DNA of 63,309 nucleotides, the filler included, from Choristocarpus tenellus KU-1152 (taxonomy: Eukaryota; Protista; Phaeophyceae): the NCBI GenBank assembly GCA_964200185.2. It is 11 parts of 11 records of this genome, joined end to end, with 100 filler letters (N's around TTAATTAATTAA, not from the genome) between each part and the next. Parts side by side here need not be neighbours in the genome. Positions count along the whole stretch, not along the records: positions 43,871 to 55,967 come from CAXNAD020001976.1; positions 56,068 to 63,309 come from CAXNAD020006478.1; 9 more parts are not named here. One strand, given 5' to 3'. The notes under the pieces were generated by a model. It was not told where the DNA came from, did no database searches, and worked only from the letters and a program-made list of their open reading frames with translations. Below are positions 52,901 to 63,309 of this stretch, piece after piece. The stretch's first letter is position 1. Each line of letters begins with the position of its first letter. The translations under genes and the position numbers were made by a program.

Positions 52901-53174
52901 TGTAAGTAGACGTAGTAAAGTCATCATTACATCTACACACTTCATATACATTGCACCTATTATTCCTACATACAGATTTCCTCTAGAATATAAATGAAAT
53001 TATGGTTTAAAAATGGAAGTAAGGCAGATTTCCAAGCCTATGTAGAAGGATACAAAACCCCATCACACAACTGAATAGCAGAAAGCTCAACTAATGCGCA
53101 ACCACAAATATTCTTTGAGGGATGGAATAGAGTTTGCACAAAATTGCTGTAAATGCACCTCCCCCACGAACATA

Positions 53175-54221
53175 TTATGATCGAGTCAGCCCCCTCGAAC
53201 TGTTGCTAATAGTACCATCCTCCAAAAATGTATATTGCTTAAGGTTGAGGCTTCCTATCAAGTCCAAGACCCGAGGAACTAGACGAGCAAACTCATAGAA
53301 AGGGTAAGTGACAACCCAGCTGATCCCCACCAGTAAGCATGTCATTTTATTGTGTCCACGAGATGCCAAGAGAACAGCAACAAAGTTGCCCCCAGTCCAA
53401 AGGATGCTGGCAGCAGCTACTGACACAAGGATCGTAATTGAATCCTTTCGGCGGTACACACTGGTGTTAACTGGGCTGCAGAAAAATTCTCCATCTTGAT
53501 CCGGGTAGGCCTTGGAATAGAAACACTCACCACCGCAGAGATTGGTGCATTCATCATCACACAACCTGTCCCAGTCATTCTCATTAATTACCGCCAGGAG
53601 AATACCAAGCATGAGACCAAACGTGAGAAGCATGGCGACCAAATGCTCACATCCTTGTTTGCCACGACATCTTAGGATATAAACCAGGAGCGAGGTTTCA
53701 CCTGCTACCGCAACGAGGGCACCAATTGGGTATGAGGGACGGGCCTCAATATTCGTGGATGCTGTCACAATCATCACAGATAAGGTGCCAACAAATCCTG
53801 CCGTCCAGTCAATACCAAGGACCGCCCAGCTTCGGGAGTACTCCCCTTGGAAAATCTCTAAGATGCCTCCGGTGGAGTGCAAGATCTCGATGATAATGAT
53901 GCTGCATATCAAAGAGAACCCAATGTATGCTACTAGCTTTATGTCATGGGCGATGATATACATCTCTCCGATGTACTCCAGTAGGCTGACAGAGCCAAAC
54001 GCTTGCATAAGACTAAGAAAGATCTCCAGTGCTACTGACTCGTGAACAGTAGATTGACTTGCAGAAATGTTCATGAAAGATGCTGAAGCTGGGTTTCGCT
54101 GGGGAACTCCGATCTCCGATAGTACACCCTGTGACTCGAAAGTCAGTATCCCAACAATCAAAGCGGTTGAGATCATGGTATAAGTAAAAGATACATTACT
54201 CCTGTCTGCATTCGGGTACAT
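53175..54221 (-). CDS. Uncharacterised multi-pass membrane protein (348 aa, ~8 hydrophobic segments, Cys-rich loop)
   Basis: A 1047-bp uninterrupted ORF with alternating hydrophobic stretches and the loop CDDECTNLCGGEC...FCSPVNTS. It may be one large exon of a longer gene. Confidence 0.7.
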   Translation of the reverse strand: MYPNADRSNVSFTYTMISTALIVGILTFESQGVLSEIGVPQRNPASASFMNISASQSTVHESVALEIFLSLMQAFGSVSLLEYIGEMYIIAHDIKLVAYIGFSLICSIIIIEILHSTGGILEIFQGEYSRSWAVLGIDWTAGFVGTLSVMIVTASTNIEARPSYPIGALVAVAGETSLLVYILRCRGKQGCEHLVAMLLTFGLMLGILLAVINENDWDRLCDDECTNLCGGECFYSKAYPDQDGEFFCSPVNTSVYRRKDSITILVSVAAASILWTGGNFVAVLLASRGHNKMTCLLVGISWVVTYPFYEFARLVPRVLDLIGSLNLKQYTFLEDGTISNSSRGLTRS

Positions 54222-55784
54222 AGTAGAATGCTCAGCATAGGTCGAGCAAAAGCAAACTCAAATTCTTGCCAATACCTAAACTTTGGAAATAATGTTTCCT
54301 CTCAATTAGCCTCCTACTATTGAAGTCCATGCCATTGGAGAGCTACAAGAATGGAGTTAATTGTGCAGTACGTACTTCAACGTACTCCAGTAAGGATACA
54401 AATAACGTGATCGGGCATGACTTGCGCTCTGAATGGAGGGGCAATTCAGCTCTGTCTATTGATGCAGAGAGCTATACAAGGTACAAGGTAGACAAACTTG
54501 GAGGGAATAGAGGTAAATATAAAGAGCCCAGGAGGTTGTTTTGGGGGGGAGGCTGAGTGAGGATTGACAAAAAGCTACCGATACAAGAGAAATGACGACT
54601 ACGGAGGACCAGCACACCTGTCAGGCACTGCTCAACACTTGAAAGGTCGCATGGGAGAGAAGCAACGTAAGTGTGTACGTCCATAGTTGGCCAAGTCCAT
54701 TAAAAGCATTGGACAACCAGTCAGAGGTGAAACCTTTCAAGCCAAAAGGATATGAAATTGAATGGCGCAACCAAGGAAACCAACTCGCAGGTATACCGAG
54801 GTCATTTCTTATGTACACAAACAAAAACATGTCTAGGGCGTGGAGAACGCTTTCTGTCAGTTATGAGGCCTCTTCCCATATACGTGACTATGTCAAGGGT
54901 TGGCACAGGAGTGGGACCAAGCGAGGTTCAAATTGACAGACAACACACACAGCATGAGAGGTAGGCACGTATTATGGTTTTATTCCCCTTGCACCTATTG
55001 ACGTCTATGATCAATCGCTCATTAGGCACCCCCAATGCAATTGGAAAACCTCGCCAAATGCAAAAAAATGTTACCAAGGCACGACGGGCATCTTCTCATG
55101 ATGAAGTCATCCACCCACCCAACTTTGCCAGGAGAACCACAACAAGGTACGAAAAAAGAGACAAATAGACAGACGCATGGATTATCGATCTCATACTTCC
55201 GCAACACCTCCCAACACATGTGTCAGTGTCAAACTCACCTGTCTAGGTTGTTCTACAGCCTTTCCATTTACCTCTGTATTCATCCCCATTCCCTCCACCC
55301 ACGCCTCAAATGGATGTCCTACTCCTTGCTTGTTTATCATGGAAGGTTGAAAAAGAGACCTCTAAAACATTTTTTAATTCTAAAGCGTCAGCATACCTCG
55401 AGTTTTCCGCGACAAAAAAATACTGCTGTCGTTGTAGTTGTAGAAGTTGTAGCAATAGTAATAGTAGTAGTGGTAGTTTTCATTGGTCGTAACTCGCGTT
55501 TTCTTTCTGCTTCTTCTTATCTTACACTTTTGATAAAATCTTTCATGGTTTACTCCCCTGTACAATGTACTCCCCTGTACTCCTCTCTCTGTACGATGCA
55601 AGTTGGGTTATTCATGGATGTAAGGTGTGAAAACCAAGAACTATAATCTAGTTCATGTTGAAGTGTTTGAGACTTGAATGGAAACCTCACTTACTCATTC
55701 ATCATCATGAAGTGAAAATTTTCAATAGTGGGGGCAGAGACAGAGGAATACATTGAAGCACGTCCGAATTGGAAGTATGATGCT

Positions 55785-55967
55785 GGGTCAAAGTATCTGG
55801 GGGGGGGGGATCGGCGTCCGTTTTTCACCCTTTTTTCGATTTTCCCTTTTTTGGTGTGATTTGGTCGCACGTGTCGGATTTGAAATGTCAGCAAAAAAAG
55901 AGTTTTTTGACCGAAACGGACGCCCCCCAACAAAACAACCCCCCCACACCCCCAACACCCAAACACC
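55785..55967. mobile_element. MITE family A, degraded or low-quality copy at contig end
   Basis: gggtcaaagtatctgggggg...ggtgtgatttggtcgcac. Confidence 0.75.
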
Positions 55968-56067
55968 NNNNNNNNNNNNNNNNNNNNNNNNNNNNNNNNN
56001 NNNNNNNNNNNTTAATTAATTAANNNNNNNNNNNNNNNNNNNNNNNNNNNNNNNNNNNNNNNNNNNN

Positions 56068-56232
56068 AGGAAGTGTCAATATCTGTGTTTCGGACACACC
56101 TTTTCATAACATAAACATTTTACCTACTCCTAAACATTTTGGAGTAGGAACATGTCATAAAGCACCCATGGGAAACCAAGCCCCAAATGGACAAACAGAG
56201 CAAAATTTGTACCCTCTAAGATACTTTGGCTC
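56068..56232. mobile_element. MITE family B, truncated by contig start
   Basis: ...ccaagccccaaatggacaaacag...gtaccctctaagatactttggctc. Confidence 0.88.
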
Positions 56233-56579
56233 TTGACCCAACATATTTTGACCAGGCCAGTCCTGTTAAGACAATTATTTTTTCCAAGGAGTGTATGTAT
56301 CAATTACTTCAACATCAGCACCAATGCATACGTTCTAACAGGGGTGATCCATGGCCATCAGTTCCTTTAACGTGGCTAGTCCACATCTATTGCCTGCACT
56401 GAAGCCATGCTAACGGCCCAAAACTAATGAAAATCCCTGATTTTTGTTATTATCACAATCAAGAAGAAACTGATTGGCACTTACAAGTTCCTCCTGGTTG
56501 CATGTCTTTCCGTGGTTGCTCTCTTACGGACTGATTGGGTAAAGCAATGAGGTAATACCTCAAGGGGATTTCGTGGATG

Positions 56580-56763
56580 GGTTCGAAGTATCTGGGGGGG
56601 GTGGCGGCCGTCGATTTGGGACCATTTTTTTCATGTAGCGATTTTCGGGTGATTTGGTTGCATACGTCGGATGGATAATGTAAGCGCACCTTACCTGGTT
56701 GTGGCCCAAATGGACACCCTGGCGTAGACCCTCCCCCTCCCCCTCCCCCAGATTCTTTGGGTC
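56580..56763. mobile_element. MITE family A, complete, ATG TSD
   Basis: ATG|ggttcgaagtatctgggg ... cccccagattctttgggtc|ATG. Confidence 0.93.
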
Positions 56764-58550
56764 ATGTGTGTGCGAGTACGTATTTGCACATAGTGCTTGG
56801 AGGGCTGAGGATTGATGTGAAGCAGGAAGTGCAACATACCACACCACTCAGTAGGATTCCTGGTCACCGGTCAGCATTCAAATCAACCACGGGTTAGGTT
56901 ACTAATAGGAGATACTTACATATTGTGTCAATCGAAGAAACTTGTGTCTTTCTGCTACTTTATTTTTTCTGCTTCTGTTGCAATTTGTTCCCCAATAGGA
57001 CGTTTCTTCATTATAACCATGCTATTGATAGGATTGGACAGACGGGGGAGCACAACTCACAGCTTTCTCTCGACAAGTACTCTGTTACTACCAGGTCATC
57101 ATTTTCACTATGGAGTAGAATATAGCATGATATACCCAAACTGGAGAAAGGTAAAAACTAATTTGGAATATGATACAACATAATAAGTGACTCGATCAGT
57201 GGTTTATATTGTATTTTTTTGTTACTACTAATACACAATTGTTATATGTTAGGAGTCACTTCCAAAGAACGTATAGCTTGAAGGTAACCTATCTTGAAGA
57301 ATCTGATATTCATATGACATCTGTTGTCCCATGTTGAAGGTAACATCTGGTTGAAGTAAGTAGGGGGTGGTTTAAGGGGACCTTGCAAACCCCCCTCATT
57401 CACTCACCACTTGTTCACTCTTTTCTTGAGTGGTGTTCTGAGGGATTGCTCTCTCTCTTGGCTTGTCTCTCTCCTTTTCCTTGCCTCCTGTGGGTCTTCC
57501 CGCTCCCCTTCAGTATGAAGAACCTGTCGGCTTGTTTCCATCTGTTTCACAAATGGTAACAGTTAGACCTTTTCGGACTCACAATCAAAGCGCAGATATA
57601 TATATATATATATATATTATACTAGTACATCAGATATCTGGGGGGGTTTTCGCAGACTGGGGCAACCACAAATTGTTGCTGTGCGAAGTCAAATCAGGTT
57701 CTTCGTAGTCATCGTATTATTAAAATAATACGACTTGTGACCCCTACGGACATGGTGAGTAGATAGTACTACACCCATTGACCGCTCCATTCTCTCCCTT
57801 AAATCCTGACAAAAAGCACTCCTTTGTGCACTATTTAAGTAGATAAGCCCCAAGAAACTGAATTTATTTATCGTCGTATGTATCCTCTCCAGTCATCCCA
57901 GAGTAGACTACTGCAACCCCACCAACCTAGAGAGGGGAAGGGAGGACAAGGATGAAGGACTGGGCCAAACACCAAGAGTCAACAACAGATCAGTAGAGGG
58001 TATTATGATATTATTTTGCAATCAATCAATACTTGAAAGACGAAGAGAGCCCATATCTTGATGTTGATGATAAATGGAGAGCAGTAGAGTTGAGTGAAGT
58101 TCATTTCAAAGTATAGAGTACATTGGGGCATTGGAAAAGCTATTCCAGGCTTGGACACATGAAGGGCATTAACAAGGGAGGTTGATTTATCGAATCGCAG
58201 GTTATGTATATTGAGGCCCAGAAACGTGATACCTATTAGGGGGAATGTAAGTCTCAGCAATTGTTCAGACAGGAAAATGTTGCCATAGCTCTGGGAGACC
58301 AAGTCCCAGCTTGAGTCTTCTATCTTTAAGGTTCCCTTTTCGGAATAAATTTTCATATTTTTCTTTTCCCACCTATTCATCAGTAGCATCGAGAAGTTGG
58401 GTCATCTACTACACTGGCTATTACAGAAACAGCACAGGCTTGGAGAGGAAGAAGGGGGGTGGGCATTAGGGGGTTCACAAGGAACCTAACGTTGTGCGCA
58501 AGCCACACCAGTACTAGGCCCTCCGCAATCACCTCTCTCCTGACCATTCT

Positions 58551-58814
58551 GCGAAAAACCAATTGAGAGGTGGGCAGGGCTTCATTCTAAGGATCCCCCA
58601 AAAGGGCAAAAAATACGTTATTTTTTTATAGTTGTAGAGAGAGCCTACCCTTAATTGTGGTGTCACTTTGTGTGTGGAAAGGGGTAATATAATTTTTTCT
58701 TGGACTATTGTGCACGCAAATAAATAATAAAATAGAGTCTACAGCACAGAATAAGAAAGATAGCTTAGAATGCGTAAGGGTTCAAATCTGCCTGCCTCTC
58801 AATTGGTTTGGTTA
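58551..58814. mobile_element. MITE family D
   Basis: aaaccaattgagaggtgggcagg ... ctgcctgcctctcaattggttt. Confidence 0.88.
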
Positions 58815-60214
58815 TTTTTTTTTTTAAGTAGCCGTCTTAAGGGAACCCGTTGTAATTCACTATGCAATATCCTTCATGCATTGGTCATTTTTACTTCGCT
58901 CATTTCATTAAAGCTACCCTTGTCAGTAAATTGTTCCTTGGTATGTCTTCAGGCACATTGAGTGTCAAAATGGGTAAATACTCTCCTGAAATGTAGGATT
59001 CCATCACAACAACCCTCTCGATTTGAATTTTGCTTGACGTTGAACTAATCGTACATATACCTTGGTGCAAGTTGTTTTGCATATGACTCTATGTGGAATG
59101 TAACCGGTGTTATGACTGCACCGGGGGGAGTGGACGCACCTTTCCAACAACGCCAAGTGGGTACAGATAGGGCTAGGATATAAAACGTGGAGTTGAATAT
59201 GCATTCTTGATCATTGTTTGCTCGAAGGAGGGTCGTTAAGGGATCTCAACACGGGTTTGCAACTGAACCCGTGGATCCTGGGAAGCACGATCAGCTGGAT
59301 ATTGGTCGTCCCTTTCATGATGAACAAGCCATCAAGCCTTAGTGTTCTGCCAGAACTAGCACATCTCTAAGTTCAGATGTAACTATTGTTGGTGTATTAC
59401 TGTAAAGTCAATGCAACAACAATGCAAATGCAGATTATGTTGTCGTTGTATTGGCTTCCCCTCCTCTTTTCCTTCGGCACAGCCCCGATCTGTCTACCTG
59501 CTCACAACTCCAAGCATGTGAGAGGTTTGCAGTACCCCATCCTGATCGTCTGATGTCAGCAGTATCTCATCATCCTTACCACAGGTGAGACATAGGATAG
59601 TCAACAGGATTTTCATGGCATGTTTGTGTTAACGCCGTGACACTGTAGACAGGTGGACTCATGTAGACAAAAGAGTAATAAGGTATTGTGACGTTAGGTG
59701 CAGAAACCAAGCACACACAGGATACTGCTACAGGAGACAACTCTGGAAAATAGTGATAGAATTGTAATGGGGCATGACATATATAACATAACCATATATG
59801 TTCATCACCAACAACCGTCAATTACCACTATGTATGATCTCGATTGATTTTCCTCCTCTATTATTGTTGAATTATTATTTTTGCTATTATTATCACTAGA
59901 TTGTGATCATTTTCAGTGCTTTATTATTATCATCAGTATTATTATTTTTACTATTGCTATTATTATTATTTTATTATTATGCCCTCTGACATTTTACAGA
60001 TGTTTGAGGAGGGAAACCAATGAAAACTATTCATATGTCAGAAAAAAACACATGTGAAAAGTCATTATCTATTTACTATTTTACTGCTAGCTATGCTGCA
60101 CTACTGCCTTTCTGTGCCTCCAACCTGGGTTAGTCCTGCACCCTAGGGTGAGGAGCTAGGGATTATTATCATTGTCAATATTATGTTTATTATTGTTTCA
60201 ATTTTGGTACAATC

Positions 60215-60392
60215 GCAGAGAGAGCCTTTGCTGAATTGTGGTGTCACTTTGTGTCTGTAAAGGGGGAATATCCATATAGTGTACACTATTGTGCACATAT
60301 AGTAATGAAACAGAGTGTATTGCACAGAGCTGGAAAGATGGATCGGAATGCAAAAGGGTTCAAACTTGCCTACCTCTCAATTGGTTTGCCCC
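60215..60392. mobile_element. MITE family D, partial (right portion)
   Basis: gagcctttgctgaattgtggtgtcactttg ... gcctacctctcaattggtttgcccc. Confidence 0.85.
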
Positions 60393-61469
60393 ATTATCAT
60401 TCTTACCATTTTATTTCTATTATTTTACATTTTCATTATTTGTTGCTGATATTGCTATACGTCGTTATCCTTGAGTCGCTGTTATATGTACAACTTACTA
60501 TTATAACAGTGGTATGTAGTGAAAGAGTGAGACACGGTGGGAATTAGTTGTAGTATTGCCCAGTACAGAACACCAATCAATTGCCCCCCCATTGCATACA
60601 CCATCCCGGATAGTAATGAGTAAACAACCGACTAAAATAGACAATGAAATGGGCAGGAAATAGTATGCATGTAGTAATTTGTATTGTTGCTTGACTGCCG
60701 AATAAAAGTGCTTTCAAAGTAGTCAGCCATATATTCCGAGGAGTATATAAATTATAAATGGTAATAATATACAGTGGTTTGGTAGCAACAATCCTTCCTG
60801 TCTGTTGCTACATTTATTATTGTTCAGATAATAGGATGAGAGAGACTAGGGGTTGGGAAGGAATTGGTCTAGGTAGTTTGAGGGATTGAGGAGAGGTCCA
60901 AGCGTTCGCCCCTTGTCCACACTGGCTCCTGTGCCTGGTTAATGCCATTGCTGAAGACTTCCCATCTAGGTCGGATCTGTGAGAAGGTTCGTCACGACCA
61001 CTACAAGGCGTATTTATTTAGTGTGTACTTTCCTGCCCTCTTGTAACTAGTCATTGCAAGGCATCAGAGAGAGTTCCAAAGGAGGGGCATATGGACGAGG
61101 TTGCCATGACCTTCACATACTAAATTCGGCGACCACTTGGGGAGGCTGGCACACTCAGAAGAACTGCTTGATGCTGCAAGATTTGTATTTATATATACAA
61201 CATTTCTGTAGTTCAGGTATAGAAGAGTATTAATAGTAATGTGCTCTTTCTATTATGAGGTCTGCCAACTACTATGCTACTATGCTACAACTTCCCTACA
61301 CCATGTGGGCGTTCAACCTATGTGATTATATTGTGACCCAGTTTTTCTAGTAATAAATTAACTGAAGACTTGCATTGACTGGTAGGTAAGATTGCGTGTA
61401 AGATGTGTAACCGTTCTCACGTAATTTATGAAGTACATGTCGTGAAACCGCGACCTGGATGTAGAGGGG

Positions 61470-62218
61470 ATGACCCAAATGAGCACATCTTGCACAAAGA
61501 GTGATTCAGATGATCACGAGTGGCGGGTCGGCCTCTTTCGAGCAACAAGGGACGGTGACCTCGCGTTTTTGCGCAACTTGGTGGATTCCCACCCGTTCGC
61601 CATCCATGAGCACTTTTGTGAGAAGTTGGAGGACTGGGCACTCGAGTGGGAATCACTGAAGTGGTGAGCAAGTTGCCACTTGGTAGCGGGAGGGAGCAAA
61701 ATACATGTTAAGTTCTGAGCCACTACTAATACAAGTCTAGGGCACGAGATTCACACCATTTAAACTTTCTTTGCGTATAGTTTGGGAACGGTTGCAACTC
61801 ACGGGAAAGTGAGGTTGCTCTTTTGGATATGGAGTGTCACACACGGCACGAGGGCTGAGGAAATAGTGCTGCAAGTCCATATTTATTAATGTTCGCCCCA
61901 CTGTAGAGTAGCAAGTACTCCGCAGCAGTTTGGTGTCGTCATCTCTAAGCGGGAGTTGTAGCATCCTTAGTCCATCTATAACCCTACAATGCGAAGCACA
62001 TCGTCCTTGATTTCGTGGATGACCCGACGAATTGATGGGTACATATCATACAACGGGGTTCTATACCTCTAGTAATTGGTCCACCATGCTATCAACCCCG
62101 CAGTCACAGAGGCAAAGCTAGGAGCATCATGTTCATTTTCAACGTTTTACTTACCCCCCTCCTCAGGTACGAGTTCGAGATTGCCACATGCCTGTACATT
62201 GCGACGTCCTACTGCAGG
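61470..62218 (+). CDS. Ankyrin-repeat protein, first two exons
   Basis: Exons 61470-61663 and 62167-62218 join in phase (TG|G): LFRATRDGDLAFLRNLVD...EWESLKWYEFEIATCLYIATSYCR, two ankyrin-like helix pairs. Confidence 0.7.
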
Positions 62219-62378
62219 GTAATTATACACTGCTTTCACAAAGCGTGGTTTAGGAGCATGGTATAAAGATGGTGGAATTTTGATCTCTGAGGCCACCGGA
62301 AAATTTCCTGGTCCAAGTGCTTTGTCCCTAACTACGATGGACTAACACTATTAGTAGGGAAAACGACGATTTCTCAAT

Positions 62379-62554
62379 GACCCAAAGTATCTGGGTGGGT
62401 GGGGAGTCTACACCAGGGTGTCCATTTGGGTCAAAATCAGGAAAAGTGCATTTACATTATCTATCCGATGTATGCAACCAAATTACCCAAAAATAGCGAC
62501 ATGAAAAAATTGACCCCAATGGAGAGCCGCCACACCCCCCAAATACTTTGAGCC
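62379..62554. mobile_element. MITE family A, complete, AAT TSD
   Basis: AAT|gacccaaagtatctggg ... ccccccaaatactttgagcc|AAT. Confidence 0.93.
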
Positions 62555-63279
62555 AATTATTATTCCATTTCACAACCCCAAAAAAAATTATGTTATTTTT
62601 GCGATATGTAGGTGCTGGTCATGGGTAGAGCAACTCAACACATCGCTGTTTGAGAAAATACTATTCACAAATCCTGTGTAGTTCATTTACTATTAGTAGC
62701 AACCAATGTTGCACTCTGGCTCCATTTTTTGTTATCGTATTACTTTGAAGTATTGACCCCCCACGAAACAAAGCTCACATTATTATTGCTACCCACACTT
62801 TGCATGCAAACCACCAGGAGTGTATGATCGTCGTGGGGGGAGAGATTCTTTAATTTGGTACATATCAAATAATTGATCAAGTAATTGCATCTAACTACTC
62901 ATCGTGCAGAAAGGACAATGATACTGTCCCTCGTTTTCTTAGTCTGATATTGCTTCCTCTAGATATTTATGCTACCATAACTACCTTTGTCTCAAAGTAT
63001 ACCTCGTATATGTGAATTATGTATGTATGTATGTATTATGTAATGTGTATTGTGTATGTATATGCATTTTCTTCGGTGTATATCAGTTTCAAGTTCAAGT
63101 TCACAAAAATGAAAATGGTCAACAATTTTGAGGAACAGAATTCCAGTAACTGGTCTACCATAGAACAAGCCAGGCTATCCCCATAAACCATTTCAGATAT
63201 GCAAAAATCTACCTAGTAGTTTAAATTTACGATAGAGCTGGGCCTCTCACTGATATTCAGTACGTACACAATAGCAAAT

Positions 63280-63309
63280 GGGTCAAAGTATCTGAGGGGG
63301 GGTGTCGGC
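63280..63309. mobile_element. MITE family A terminus at window end
   Basis: gggtcaaagtatctgagggggggtg. Confidence 0.8.

Noticed and set aside
1603-62218. RING, DHHC, MOGS, NNT, MMADHC and ankyrin genes as a functional cluster
   Set aside because: They lie on separate contigs joined by artificial linkers.

Overview
This is intron-rich eukaryotic DNA. It is most likely a brown alga or close stramenopile relative (inference from the RTE, Copia and LRR sequence flavours and TTAGGG repeats). The window is not one locus: 11 short contigs are joined by ten identical 100-bp linkers (44 N + TTAATTAATTAA + 44 N), so adjacency across linkers has no biological meaning. Spliced genes reconstructed by hand with phase-consistent junctions: a RING-H2 E3 ligase, the 3' end of a DHHC palmitoyltransferase, the 3' end of glucosidase I (MOGS/GCS1), the 3' end of NAD(P) transhydrogenase, a PDZ protein head-to-head with a complete short MMADHC/CblD gene, and the 5' end of an ankyrin-repeat gene. 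Two single-exon ORFs could not be assigned to a family: a small secreted, basic, 8-Cys protein and a ~8-TM membrane protein followed by a decayed LRR module. The rest is rich in mobile DNA: four MITE families with a shared terminal signature (3-bp TSDs visible in two of them), a probable Tc1/mariner-type MITE, and hAT, Copia, Gypsy, RTE and CRE-like remnants. I found no CRISPR array, rRNA or tRNA, and no clearly new multi-gene system. The best leads are the two orphan ORFs and the MITE group.
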